DNA of 64,000 nucleotides from positions 12,191 through 76,190 of IMG/VR virus record IMGVR_UViG_3300022661_000085; one strand, 5' to 3'. Numbering within the stretch: the stretch's first letter is position 1; each line of letters starts with the position of its first letter. Shown in pieces: positions 47,000-56,208 of this stretch. The notes beneath the pieces were generated by a model. It had not been told where the DNA came from, made no database searches, and saw only the letters and a list, made by a program, of their open reading frames with translations. This DNA is from a virus (Duplodnaviria > Heunggongvirae > Uroviricota > Caudoviricetes). The translations under genes were made by a program, and so were the position numbers.

Positions 47000-47914
47000 A
47001 TGGCAAAATTCATAATGCTTATCGGTCTTCCGGGCTCGGGCAAATCCTATATCGCAGAAAAGACGAAAGCGAAAATGAAGAGTGTTCTCGTAGTTTCGTC
47101 AGACGAAATCCGAAAGGAATTGTTTGGCGACGAAAACGACCAGCAAACCCCCGAAAAAGTGTTTGAAACAATGAGAGAGCGAACCTTCAACGCACTCAAG
47201 GACGGCATCGATGTCATCTACGATGCCACAAACATCAGGAGAAAGTACCGCAGAGCACTTCTCCGTTCGCTTCCTAACTGTGAAAAAATTGCTTACGTCG
47301 TATGGTCGAGATATGACCTCTGCGTAAAGAGAGATGCGGAAAGAAGTCGCACTGTTGGCGAGCCCGTAATCAAAAAGATGCTTCTTGGATTTCAACCTCC
47401 GTTCTACGATGAGGGATGGGATAAGATTGAGGTTGACCACAACGGTGAACTTTATACTCAGTCCGACTACGAGGATTGGATGAACTGTGACCACGATAAT
47501 CCGCATCACAATAACACCGTCGGGGTTCACACTCAGCAGGTTTGCGATGAAGCATTCAAGCTCTCTTATGACGCTTTGAATGACGAAAAGTATAGCACGG
47601 CATTGACAAATATGATTGTTCTCTTCGCCGCCGCTATGCACGACACCGGCAAGAAATTTACCAAGACTTTCACCAACTTCAAGGGTGAAACCACCGAGAT
47701 TGCGCACTACTACGACCATCACAACGTAAGTAGTTACTATACTCTCGGTTTTGAAAAGTTGATGACTATGAGCATCGAGGAAAGATTGCTGATTGCTTGG
47801 CTTGTAAACGTACATATGGAGCCGTTCTTCAACAGCAAGTATTACAAAAATCTTAAGCCCGATCTGAAGTCGCTCGTTGATGCGCTTCATTCCTGCGACG
47901 TAAAGGGCGCATAA
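47000..47914 (+). CDS. P-loop polynucleotide-kinase-like domain fused to an HD phosphohydrolase-like domain (RNA end-healing candidate)
   Basis: N-terminal 'MLIGLPGSGKSY' and 'DATNIRRKYR'. C-terminal 'AAAMHDTGKK' and 'HYYDHHNVSSYY', which is an HD-type His/Asp pattern. Confidence 0.55.
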   Translation: MAKFIMLIGLPGSGKSYIAEKTKAKMKSVLVVSSDEIRKELFGDENDQQTPEKVFETMRERTFNALKDGIDVIYDATNIRRKYRRALLRSLPNCEKIAYVVWSRYDLCVKRDAERSRTVGEPVIKKMLLGFQPPFYDEGWDKIEVDHNGELYTQSDYEDWMNCDHDNPHHNNTVGVHTQQVCDEAFKLSYDALNDEKYSTALTNMIVLFAAAMHDTGKKFTKTFTNFKGETTEIAHYYDHHNVSSYYTLGFEKLMTMSIEERLLIAWLVNVHMEPFFNSKYYKNLKPDLKSLVDALHSCDVKGA

Positions 47915-47928
47915 AGAAAGGAGAGCAT

Positions 47929-48747
47929 ATGTTTGACCGCGAAACTTACATAAGAAGTAACTTGCAGGCACACTACAACGAAGCTGTTCAAAGCGGGCAA
48001 ATGGTGTTCTGCTTGATACTTCAAGGAAGCCAAAATTACGGGCTTGATATCAACAATGAAAAATATCAGAGCGATATAGACACGAAGGCTATTATCCTGC
48101 CTTCATTCGAGGATTTCTGTAGAGGCTCTGCTCCTATATCCACTACCCACATTCGAGAGAACAATGAGCACATTGATTTCAAGGATGTGAGAGTGATGTT
48201 TGAAACATTTAAAAAACAGAACGTTAATTTTGTTGAGGTTCTCTTCTCTGACTACTACATCGTAGCTGAAGGCTATGAGTCTTTCTGGGAAGATCTCCGT
48301 GCTCTTGCAGAAGATTTAACTCACTGTCACCCTACTCAAACACTGAGAACGATGGCGGGACTCAGCCTTGAAAAGCGGAAGGCGTTATGTCACCCATACC
48401 CTACCATCAAGGACAAGATCGATAAGTACGGATACGATGGCAAACAGCTACATCACATCATACGCATTAACGATTTCATCAAGAGATACGTTGCGGGAGA
48501 GTCGTTCAAGGCGTGCTTACATCCCACCCCTACAATAAGAGCTAAGCTGGATGCCGCAAAGTTGAACGAATATTCCTTGGAAGATGCGTTAAGGATGGCA
48601 GACGAGTTTTGCGATGAAACCAATGCAATCAGAAATGCTTATATGGAGAAGTATGGCAACGATTGCGATGGCAGAGCGTATAAGAAGCTCGATGAAATCA
48701 AAGTTGAACTACTACGCAAGTGGTTCAGAAAGGAATTGTCAATATGA
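47929..48747 (+). CDS. Pol-beta superfamily nucleotidyltransferase
   Basis: 'LILQGSQNYGLDINNEKYQSDIDTKAII', a GS..(D/E)xD NTase signature. Confidence 0.55.
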   Translation: MFDRETYIRSNLQAHYNEAVQSGQMVFCLILQGSQNYGLDINNEKYQSDIDTKAIILPSFEDFCRGSAPISTTHIRENNEHIDFKDVRVMFETFKKQNVNFVEVLFSDYYIVAEGYESFWEDLRALAEDLTHCHPTQTLRTMAGLSLEKRKALCHPYPTIKDKIDKYGYDGKQLHHIIRINDFIKRYVAGESFKACLHPTPTIRAKLDAAKLNEYSLEDALRMADEFCDETNAIRNAYMEKYGNDCDGRAYKKLDEIKVELLRKWFRKELSI

Positions 48748-49541
48748 AATATTATGTTGTTTCTGACATTCACGGATTCTACTCACAACTCGTGAAAACT
48801 TTGACTAAAGCAGGGTTCTTTGATGAGACCGAACCTCACAAGCTTATCGTTTGCGGAGATATGATGGACAGAGGAAATGAAGCTATCAAAATGCAAGAGT
48901 TTATGCTCAAGCTTCTTGAGGAAGACAAGCTTATATTTGTTAGGGGTAATCACGAAGATCTACTCATTTCAATGCTGGGCGACCTCAGAAAATCTCGTTT
49001 TGGATTTTACTTCGGCACCTCTCATCACGTATCTAATGGGACGTGGAGCACTGCTCTTCAGCTCACGGGGGTAAAGGATGATGATGCCACCGAGAACTAC
49101 GAAGACTTCATCAAGAAGGTAAAGGCGACTGGTTTTTATAAGAAGCTCATTCCTGCGAGCGTGGACTATTACGAAACCCCCAACTACATATTTGTCCACG
49201 GTTGGATACCCTGTTTCACAAACAAGATGCCTGATTGGCACACCAGAGGAAGGTCTTATGCTTACAATCCCAGATGGAGAGATGCAAGCAAAGAAGATTG
49301 GAATACCGCCAGATGGTTTAACGGTATGCAGGTTGCTGAGGAGCATCACATAATTGAACCCAACAAGAAAATTGTTTGCGGACACTGGCACGCATCTTTC
49401 GGTCACTGCGCTTACGAAAAGAAATGCACGGAGTTTGGTGAGAGTGCAGATTTCACTCCATATTATGGCAACGGTGTGATTGCAATCGACGGATGCACCG
49501 CGTACACAAATGAGGTTAATTGCCTTGTCATTGAGGATTAA
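48744..49541 (+). CDS. PPP-family (lambda-phosphatase-like) metallophosphatase
   Basis: 'YYVVSDIHG', 'CGDMMDRGNE', 'RGNHEDL'. Start is the internal Met 'MKYYVV'. Confidence 0.7.
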   Translation: MKYYVVSDIHGFYSQLVKTLTKAGFFDETEPHKLIVCGDMMDRGNEAIKMQEFMLKLLEEDKLIFVRGNHEDLLISMLGDLRKSRFGFYFGTSHHVSNGTWSTALQLTGVKDDDATENYEDFIKKVKATGFYKKLIPASVDYYETPNYIFVHGWIPCFTNKMPDWHTRGRSYAYNPRWRDASKEDWNTARWFNGMQVAEEHHIIEPNKKIVCGHWHASFGHCAYEKKCTEFGESADFTPYYGNGVIAIDGCTAYTNEVNCLVIED

Positions 49542-49546
49542 ATACT

Positions 49547-50017
49547 GTGTCGAAGCGCACATATATTTTATCAAATAAATCAGCTATTGAAGATTGGATC
49601 TTTTTAAATAAGAGCAAAGCTTGGATTGCCAGACAATTGCATTGCAAAATTGACACCCTAAACCGATATCTAAAAGAAATGAATATATCATATTCTGGAA
49701 ACCAAAGTGGCAAAGGGGTTAAGACATATGTTCCTTCGAGGTATATGCCATTTCAAGAATATATATCAAAATCCAAAAACGTTCATAGCGATCATATCCG
49801 AAAGAAACTATTAAGAGATGGATTAAAAAAGCACGAATGTGAACGATGTCATAATACTCATTGGAACGGACTTTTGATACCTCTCGAAGTACACCATAAA
49901 GACGGGGATAAGTCTAACAATGACTTGTCTAACTTGATGATGTTATGCCCCAACTGCCACGCTCAAACCGATTTTTACAGAGGCAGAAACAAGAATTCTG
50001 GGCGTATGGCGAAATAG
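49547..50017 (+). CDS. HNH endonuclease
   Basis: 'CERCHNTHWNG...EVHHKDGDKSNNDLSNLMMLCPNCH'. Confidence 0.75.
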   Translation: MSKRTYILSNKSAIEDWIFLNKSKAWIARQLHCKIDTLNRYLKEMNISYSGNQSGKGVKTYVPSRYMPFQEYISKSKNVHSDHIRKKLLRDGLKKHECERCHNTHWNGLLIPLEVHHKDGDKSNNDLSNLMMLCPNCHAQTDFYRGRNKNSGRMAK

Positions 50018-50084
50018 GCAGAACGCTACGGTCTTAAAAACCGTTGAATAAGATTCGTGCGGGTTCGAATCCCGCTATGCCCAC
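50014..50084 (+). pseudogene. degenerate tRNA-like element (T-arm + acceptor-like 3' strand + CCA, no D-arm)
   Basis: ..ACGGT-CTTAAAA-ACCGT..GCGGGTTCGAATCCCGC-TATGCCC-A-CCA. The 5' acceptor strand has 2 mismatches. Confidence 0.3.
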
Positions 50085-50597
50085 CAGATCGGTGCTACGA
50101 AGCCTGAATGCTGGCATTGAAAAGGAGAACAAACCAGCGGACGTTGGGATGAAAGCAGCAGTAGTAAATGGAGTTAGATGAACAGCCGATAAAGTGCGTG
50201 GGATGTTCCCCGCAAGCTACTCACCCATATGGAGAGATTTCCTGCAAAAGGTTGAAATTAGTAATCGTAAAACCCACGGCTTATTTCAATTTGCCGAAGA
50301 AATAAGCAACGAGATGGCGCACCACATACGCTCAAACCGCTAAGACTTTCATAAAACAGAACTTAGCAAGCTTAGAATGTGGAATTTTCAAGGGAAGGCA
50401 TTGGTGGGTTCTCTAAATTGCCACTGATGAGAAAGCCGAACAATAGGATTTAGTTCCGAAAAAGGCACTGGTGGAACAAACAGTACGACCTTGAAGCTAA
50501 GGTGTTCACCGACGGGACAGCCCCGCAACGGTTAAATAAGAGGCGAGCTAAAATTTCTCGGACGGCTTGAAGTACAAAAGCCGTAAACACATCATAC

Positions 50598-50687
50598 GGA
50601 GAGTTAAGCATAGTTGGCACTGCAGCGGTTTGCTAAACCGTTCGCCGTTTATTCGGCGCAGAGGTTCGAGTCCTCTACTCTCCGCCA
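50598..50687 (+). tRNA. tRNA-Ser (GCU), CCA encoded
   Basis: GGAGAGT..anticodon loop UUGCUAA..long variable arm CGCCG-TTTA-TTCGGCG..T-arm..ACTCTCC-G-CCA. Confidence 0.7.
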
Positions 50688-50689
50688 AT

Positions 50690-50761
50690 GTAAGTGTGGT
50701 GTAACGGTAACACGGCGGTCTCCAAAACCGTAAGATGGGGGTTCGAATCCCTCCGCTTATG
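50690..50761 (+). tRNA. tRNA-Trp (CCA anticodon)
   Basis: GTAAGTG..D-arm GTGT/ACAC..anticodon loop CUCCAAA..T-arm GGGGGTTCGAATCCCTC. Confidence 0.6.
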
Positions 50762-50762
50762 C

Positions 50763-50839
50763 GGGACGTTAGCTCAGTTGGTTAGAGCCACCGGCTCATA
50801 ACCGGTAGGTCTAAGGTTCGAGTCCTTAACGTCCCACCA
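50763..50839 (+). tRNA. tRNA-Met (CAU), CCA encoded
   Basis: GGGACGT-TA-GCTCAGTTGGTTAGAGC..ACCGG-CUCAUAA-CCGGT..ACGTCCC-A-CCA. Confidence 0.7.
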
Positions 50840-50987
50840 GCCCTGTTCATTCAAAAAGTTTCCTTGCAGGGGTTGTTAAAGGAAGCCTTCCGCTACGGTT
50901 AATGGTTCAAATTCTACCGGCAATAAAACAATAGAAGCCTCGCAAGGTGCAAGCGTTCCAATAAGGTGTTCAGCGGATTACATATAT

Positions 50988-51063
50988 GCTGGTGTAGCTC
51001 AGTTGGTAGAGCAGTTGATTTGTAATCAACCGGTCGTGGGTTCGAGTCCCACCATCAGCTCCA
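50988..51063 (+). tRNA. tRNA-Thr (UGU), CCA encoded
   Basis: GCTGGTG..GTTGA-UUUGUAA-TCAAC..GTGGGTTCGAGTCCCAC-CATCAGC-T-CCA. Confidence 0.7.
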
Positions 51064-51555
51064 AAAGTGTTGCAGATGTGAATATAGGCGGTGACAATGA
51101 CGCGACGAAAGTCGTGGTGCCAATATCGTGAGCACAATAACACGGGAGCTGCTCCTATGGCTGAAGGCTCCTTGCAACATTCATATAGATGAGAAGAAAG
51201 CAACTCTCTGCTGGCGGTGAAATGATATATCTTCCAGCCGTACTAAAACGTATTAGGCATTTGTATGACGTTAAGCCCTCTACCGACACGTTAGATCGGG
51301 GTAAGCACATCAGAGAGGATATAGTACTACGAGAGTGCAGATTACATACTTAGCGGGCATTTGGTAACTTAGCCGGTGGTGTGCATCGGTTAGCGAACTG
51401 CAAGAGCGTATAGGTTACTGAAGCGGCGCGGCAATCGTTTGCAAGCAAATAACTTTAATGGCTTGAGGAGTGGACGAGGTGTGGCTACGGAGACCAACCA
51501 ACGGTGTTGAGCGTAAGTAGAGTTGTTAACCTTGTTTGCTTGTGAACATTGTTAC
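51064..51555 (+). other. ~490-nt ORF-free segment inside the tRNA array (uncharacterised ncRNA candidate)
   Basis: No ORF with an RBS on either strand. Flanked by tRNA-Thr and tRNA-Ser. Confidence 0.3.
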
Positions 51556-51642
51556 GGAGAGTTAGCCTAATGGTAAGGCAGCAGACTTGAAATCTGCCGT
51601 CACCGAAAGGTGTTCAGGGTTCGAGTCCCTGACTCTCCGCCA
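51556..51642 (+). tRNA. tRNA-Ser (UGA), CCA encoded
   Basis: GGAGAGT..GCAGA-CUUGAAA-TCTGC..long variable arm..ACTCTCC-G-CCA. Confidence 0.7.
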
Positions 51643-51645
51643 TAT

Positions 51646-51729
51646 GCCAGAGTGGCGGAATTGGCAGACGCACCAGACTCAAAATCTGGCGGTGGCAACA
51701 CCGTGTGGGTTCAAGTCCCATCTTTGGTA
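51646..51729 (+). tRNA. tRNA-Leu (CAA), CCA encoded
   Basis: GCCAGAG..CCAGA-CUCAAAA-TCTGG..long variable arm..CTTTGGT-A-CCA. Confidence 0.65.
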
Positions 51730-51881
51730 CCAAGCGCTACGGCGGTCGGCGTCCTGAAAAGGTTAAAGATCGCCCCACATAAAATCTATGCACCTGTACC
51801 CTTGAAAAACTCGTATCAGGTATTTTACCGTGGATAAGCAGGTGCGTGTGAAATAAAAGGGTAAGAGAATAAGCACAACAC

Positions 51882-51956
51882 TGGGGTATCGCCAAGCGGT
51901 AAGGCATAGGACTTTGACTCCTACATTCGTTGGTTCGAATCCATCTACCCCAGCCA
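51882..51956 (+). tRNA. tRNA-Gln (UUG), CCA encoded
   Basis: TGGGGTA..TAGGA-CUUUGAC-TCCTA..TACCCCA-G-CCA. Confidence 0.7.
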
Positions 51957-52206
51957 AAGAAAGACACACACAGCAACTTTCAAATTAAATTAACAGGATA
52001 GTAAGTATAATGCTATGGGACGTGAGCTCCTAAAACTCACTGATTACTGGTTTAAGAACCAGATGACTGTCGGCAAAGTCGAATGATTGAGAATTAAACA
52101 TTCTCTGTTGCTCTTACGATGTAGCCTGTAGTAAGAAGCGACGTCGCAAGGCTATATCCTCACCCAACGTCATTGTCCGGGAAGGATGGCGGTGTGTCTT
52201 GAATAT

Positions 52207-52282
52207 GTTCGCGTAGCTCAGCCGGTAGAGCACCTGACTTTTAATCAGGGAGTCGGAGGTTCGAGTCCTCTCGCGAACACCA
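52207..52282 (+). tRNA. tRNA-Lys (UUU), CCA encoded
   Basis: GTTCGCG-TA-GCTCAGCCGGTAGAGC..CCTGA-CUUUUAA-TCAGG..CGCGAAC-A-CCA. Confidence 0.7.
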
Positions 52283-52285
52283 TTT

Positions 52286-52360
52286 GTGGGTATCGTCTAA
52301 CGGCTAAGACACCTGCCTTCCAAGCAGGGGATGCGAGTTCGATTCTCGTTACTCACTCCA
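52286..52360 (+). tRNA. tRNA-Gly (UCC), CCA encoded
   Basis: GTGGGTA..CCTGC-CUUCCAA-GCAGG..TACTCAC-T-CCA. Confidence 0.7.
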
Positions 52361-52361
52361 C

Positions 52362-52444
52362 GCCCGTGTGGTGGAATTGGTAGACACGCCAGACTTAGGA
52401 TCTGGTTCGTAAGAGTGAGAGTTCGAGTCTCTCCACGGGTACCA
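52362..52444 (+). tRNA. tRNA-Leu (UAG), CCA encoded
   Basis: GCCCGTG..CCAGA-CUUAGGA-TCTGG..long variable arm..CACGGGT-A-CCA. Confidence 0.7.
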
Positions 52445-52446
52445 AT

Positions 52447-52521
52447 CGGGGCATAGTTCAATGGTAGAGCTCTCGCTTTGGGAGCGAGATGTTGTGGGTT
52501 CGAGTCCCGTTGCTCCGACCA
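52447..52521 (+). tRNA. tRNA-Pro (UGG), CCA encoded
   Basis: CGGGGCA-TA-GTTCAATGGTAGAGC..CTCGC-UUUGGGA-GCGAG..TGCTCCG-A-CCA. Confidence 0.7.
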
Positions 52522-52547
52522 AAAAATCAATATAGGAGGATACACTT

Positions 52548-53057
52548 ATGAAGAAAGCTTTAATCGTCATCGATATGCAGAACGACTTTGTGACTGGTGC
52601 TTTGGCAAATCCCGCCGCAGAAGCAATCGTAAAGCCTATCGCAAAAAAAGTTAAGTCATTCGATGGCACAATTATCGCAACCAGAGACACTCACGATGCA
52701 GATTATCTGAAATCTCCCGAGGGTGTTAAGCTTCCCGTAGAGCATTGCATCAAGAACACCGACGGATGGAAGGTTGTTCCCGAGATTGAAGCTGCTATTA
52801 AAACAAAGCAGGATTTCAGATATCTCGATAAGCCCACCTTCGGTATGCCCAGAGATTGGAATCTCGGTACTTACGACGAGGTTGAGGTTGTAGGAACCTG
52901 CACAGACATCTGCGTTGTAAGCAACGTACTTCTCTTGAAGGCGCTCTACCCTGCTCTTTCCATCAAAGTTCACGCAAATCTTTGTGCCGGTCTTTCCGAG
53001 GAAAAGCATCTCGCAGCATTGGAAGTAATGCGTAGCTGTCAGGTCGAGGTAGTGTAA
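52548..53057 (+). CDS. pncA: isochorismatase-family nicotinamidase
   Basis: 'ALIVIDMQNDF', catalytic Cys context 'GTCTDICVVSN', 169 aa. Its stop overlaps the start of the next gene (TAATG). Confidence 0.7.
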   Translation: MKKALIVIDMQNDFVTGALANPAAEAIVKPIAKKVKSFDGTIIATRDTHDADYLKSPEGVKLPVEHCIKNTDGWKVVPEIEAAIKTKQDFRYLDKPTFGMPRDWNLGTYDEVEVVGTCTDICVVSNVLLLKALYPALSIKVHANLCAGLSEEKHLAALEVMRSCQVEVV

Positions 53058-53869
53058 TGATTAAACTAAACGACCACGTTATCGAACAGGATTGCTTTGG
53101 TGACGGCACTTTAAAGTGTGCCCTGCCGCCGATCAATTCCGCAGGCAGTCTTATCGTTATCACTTGGTGTTACGATAACGATGCAGAGTTATTTACTCTC
53201 TGGAGCCTTGTTTGCTATATCAGGGACAGATATCCCGACATTACGCTGAACTTGGCTATGCCGTACATTCCTCACGCAAGACAAGACCGTGAGGTAAGCC
53301 ATAGACTATTCACCTTGAAGTATTTTGCAAAGGCAATCAATGCTATGAACTTCCGCAAGGTGTTCGTGCTGGATCCCCACTCGGATGTTTCTCTCGCGGT
53401 ACTTGACAGAGTAGTACCTATGCGCTCCATCTTTTATCCCGATACCGATCTCACGAGGAATAGCGGTGATGTTTATACGGTTATGTACCCTGATGCCGGT
53501 GCGGCTAAGAAGTACGGCTCTCAAGAAGATGTCGCTAATCCTATCATCGGAAACAAGCATCGCAACGAAGAAGGAAGAATCGACGGATATGAGCTTCTTA
53601 ACTTTGTTGAGGGGACTAAGAACGTCATCATCCGTGATGACATTTGTAGTTATGGTGGCACATTTGTTGCCGCCGCAAAAGAACTGAAGAAGCGCGGTGT
53701 CGAGAAGATTATTCTCTACATTTCGCACTGTGAAAACAATATTTTGAAAGGCGAAGTTCTTGACTGGGTTGATATGGTGTATACAACCGACAGTATCTGC
53801 ACTGTCCAGCACCCCAAAATTCAGATTATCAAGAGCTTTAGAGAAGGTAGAGTCAATGTACCGAATTAA
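53057..53869 (+). CDS. ribose-phosphate pyrophosphokinase (Prs) homolog; candidate ADP-ribose pyrophosphokinase of a phage NAD+ reconstitution pathway
   Basis: 'VLDPHSD' and the PRPP-binding loop 'IIRDDICSYGGTF'. It overlaps the downstream NAMPT-like gene by 14 nt. Confidence 0.6.
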   Translation: MIKLNDHVIEQDCFGDGTLKCALPPINSAGSLIVITWCYDNDAELFTLWSLVCYIRDRYPDITLNLAMPYIPHARQDREVSHRLFTLKYFAKAINAMNFRKVFVLDPHSDVSLAVLDRVVPMRSIFYPDTDLTRNSGDVYTVMYPDAGAAKKYGSQEDVANPIIGNKHRNEEGRIDGYELLNFVEGTKNVIIRDDICSYGGTFVAAAKELKKRGVEKIILYISHCENNILKGEVLDWVDMVYTTDSICTVQHPKIQIIKSFREGRVNVPN

Positions 53870-55361
53870 CCCTTTGCTTGAAAGCGATTTCTACAAGCAG
53901 GTTCACTGGAACCAGTACCCAAAGAACGTTACAAAGGTTGTGAGCTACTTCACGCCTCGTATGAGCCGCCTTAAGAATGTGGGAGAAAACCACATCATTA
54001 TGTTCGGTTTACAGTCGTTCATCAAGGAGTTCTTAATCGAGGACTTCAACGAGTTCTTCTTCGCTCGCTCAAAGGAAGAGGTTATGGCAGAGTACAAGCA
54101 CTTGATGGATAACACCCTCGGTGCAGGGCTCTACGGAGAGGAAAGAATTGCAGAGCTTCACGAGCTCGGTTATCTCCCTCTCGAAATTAAGGCACTCCCC
54201 GAAGGAACGAGAGTCCCCGTAGGAGTTCCTATGTTTGAGATCAGCAACACACATCCCAAGTTTGCTTGGCTCACCAATGCGATTGAGTCGGTAATCAGTT
54301 GCGAGATGTGGCACGCTATGATTTCTGCGAATGTCGGATATATGTACCGTCAGATCGTAAACAAGTATTACGATTTGAGTTGTGATGACAATATCCCCCG
54401 CAGAAAAGCTCTTGGTGACTTCTCGATGAGAGGTCAGGAGTCCAAGAGAAGCGCATACAAATCATCTGCAGCGTGGCTTCTCTCTTTCGTAAACACCGCT
54501 ACCGTTCCCGCAATCGACTATCTTGAGAGATATTATGGTTGCGATTGCTCAAAGGAAGAGGTTGGCTTTGGCGCCGTTTCCACCGAGCACTCCGTAATGT
54601 GTAGCAATTTCGCGGTTGACGGCGATGAAATCACAATGATTAAGCGCTTGCTCACCGAAATTTACCCCAACACCTCTTTCAGTATGGTCAGCGATAGCTA
54701 CGACTACTGGAATCTCGTAGACAATCTTCTTCCCTTGTGCAAGAACGAGATTATGAATCACAACGGATGTCTTCTCGTGAGAGGCGACTCCGGCGATCCT
54801 GTAGAGGTCGTAACGCAAACCGTGTTCCACCTTTGGAACATCTTCGGCGGAACTGTTAATTCGAAGGGCTACAAGGTTCTCGATCCCCACGTCAAGGCAA
54901 TCTATGGCGATAGCATTACACCACAGAGAGCCAAAGCAATCTACAGTATCCTCGTTGAAAACGGGTTTGCCGCAAGCAATGTTTCTCTTGGCGTCGGAAG
55001 CTTTTCGATGCAGTGCTTGGAAACTATCGATTTATTCAACGGAGATCCCTTGACCACATACAACCCCTACACCAGAGACACCTTTGGCATTGCCATCAAG
55101 GCAACTTATGCTGAAGACGAGAACGGTGCGCCTATCCCGATTTTTAAGAACCCCAAGGAATCTTCCTTCAAGAAGTCCCACAAGGGTTGTGTAATCGTTA
55201 AGGAGCACGAGGGCGAGCTTGTGGCAGAAGATATGCACACCTACCTCGAAACCGTTGAGGACGAAAACAATCTTATGGAGTTTGTTTTCTGCGACGGTCA
55301 GATGGAGAAGGAATATTCCCTCAAGGAAATCCGCGACAGACTCCACGGAGGTAAGTTCTGA
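53856..55361 (+). CDS. nicotinamide phosphoribosyltransferase (NAMPT/NadV) family protein
   Basis: Start is 'MYRINPLLESDFYKQVHWNQYP', which matches the NAMPT N-terminal signature (NPLL..D.YK..H..QYP), after a GAGAAGG RBS. About 500 aa. Confidence 0.7.
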   Translation: MYRINPLLESDFYKQVHWNQYPKNVTKVVSYFTPRMSRLKNVGENHIIMFGLQSFIKEFLIEDFNEFFFARSKEEVMAEYKHLMDNTLGAGLYGEERIAELHELGYLPLEIKALPEGTRVPVGVPMFEISNTHPKFAWLTNAIESVISCEMWHAMISANVGYMYRQIVNKYYDLSCDDNIPRRKALGDFSMRGQESKRSAYKSSAAWLLSFVNTATVPAIDYLERYYGCDCSKEEVGFGAVSTEHSVMCSNFAVDGDEITMIKRLLTEIYPNTSFSMVSDSYDYWNLVDNLLPLCKNEIMNHNGCLLVRGDSGDPVEVVTQTVFHLWNIFGGTVNSKGYKVLDPHVKAIYGDSITPQRAKAIYSILVENGFAASNVSLGVGSFSMQCLETIDLFNGDPLTTYNPYTRDTFGIAIKATYAEDENGAPIPIFKNPKESSFKKSHKGCVIVKEHEGELVAEDMHTYLETVEDENNLMEFVFCDGQMEKEYSLKEIRDRLHGGKF

Positions 55362-55831
55362 TGGTTACATATCACCAAGGAGATTTAATCAAAAGCTCCT
55401 GCAATGTGATCTGCCATCAAACCAACTGTATGGGAGTTATGGGCTCGGGTATTGCAAAGACAATTCGAGCCCTTTATCCCGACTCTTACAAAGCGCTCAG
55501 AGAACGGTTCGAGAAAGGCGAGGCTAAGCTCGGCGAAATCGATATCGTTCCTGTGGAAACAGAAAATGGCTCTCTGCGTTTCGTCATCAATATGTATTCG
55601 CAGAGAGAATATCTTCCGCGCGGTATTCAACATACCAACTACGAAGCATTTAAGAGTTGCCTTGCGATGATTAAAAGCTTCTGCCATATCAAGTCTATCT
55701 ACAAGATTGGCTTCCCTGCTAAGATTGGATGCGGACTTGCTGGTGGCGACTGGAGTGTTGTCAAAGAGCTTATCGAGGAAGCATTTTCTGAAGATGGCTG
55801 GGACGTTGAGGTTTGGGAACTAAACGTTTAA
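55361..55831 (+). CDS. Macro domain protein (ADP-ribose binding/processing)
   Basis: 'GDL...NVICHQTNCMGVMGSGIAK' and 'GCGLAGG' match the macro-domain Gly-rich loops. Its start overlaps the NAMPT stop. Confidence 0.7.
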   Translation: MVTYHQGDLIKSSCNVICHQTNCMGVMGSGIAKTIRALYPDSYKALRERFEKGEAKLGEIDIVPVETENGSLRFVINMYSQREYLPRGIQHTNYEAFKSCLAMIKSFCHIKSIYKIGFPAKIGCGLAGGDWSVVKELIEEAFSEDGWDVEVWELNV

Positions 55832-55908
55832 CGGAATAATGTTCCGAACAATACCCCGAATAATACCGAACAATACAATCTATTGTTCGGAATGTACGGA
55901 GGCACCAT

Positions 55909-56193
55909 ATGAGAAATCGAGCTTATAGGCGAAGGATGAAAAACAAGAAGGACAATCGCCTTCGCAAAATCATAACAAAGTGCGGTTATATTCCTCACGC
56001 TGGTTACATCGACTGGGATGAGGTTGACGGAGTGTGGCAACCCACAGGCAAATACATTAAGTACCCGAAGAACTCCGACGCACAAAAATACTTAAAAAAG
56101 CAATCCAACCGTAGAGTCAGACGTTCTGCTGACCTTCCTCAAAAAGGGAATGGATATCGCAAACGTTCTGAATACTGGAGGATACTGTATTGA
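55909..56193 (+). CDS. small basic hypothetical protein (94 aa)
   Basis: Arg/Lys-rich ORF. Confidence 0.3.
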   Translation: MRNRAYRRRMKNKKDNRLRKIITKCGYIPHAGYIDWDEVDGVWQPTGKYIKYPKNSDAQKYLKKQSNRRVRRSADLPQKGNGYRKRSEYWRILY

Positions 56194-56208
56194 ATACAAG
56201 GAGCTTTT

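Noticed and set aside
50045-50210. Possible tmRNA or permuted two-piece tmRNA: a T-arm with acceptor strand and CCA at 50056-50084 followed by GCAGCAGTAGTAAATGGAGTTAGATGA
   Set aside because: No matching 5' acceptor strand (GGGCATA-like) upstream or downstream. No reading frame yields a tag ending in Ala-Ala. The paralogous block at 34892 has no tRNA-like piece at all.
50840-50985. Additional tRNA between tRNA-Met and tRNA-Thr (a GGTTCAAATTC T-loop-like string)
   Set aside because: No acceptor, D-arm or anticodon pairing could be built around it. Probably a decayed remnant or spacer.
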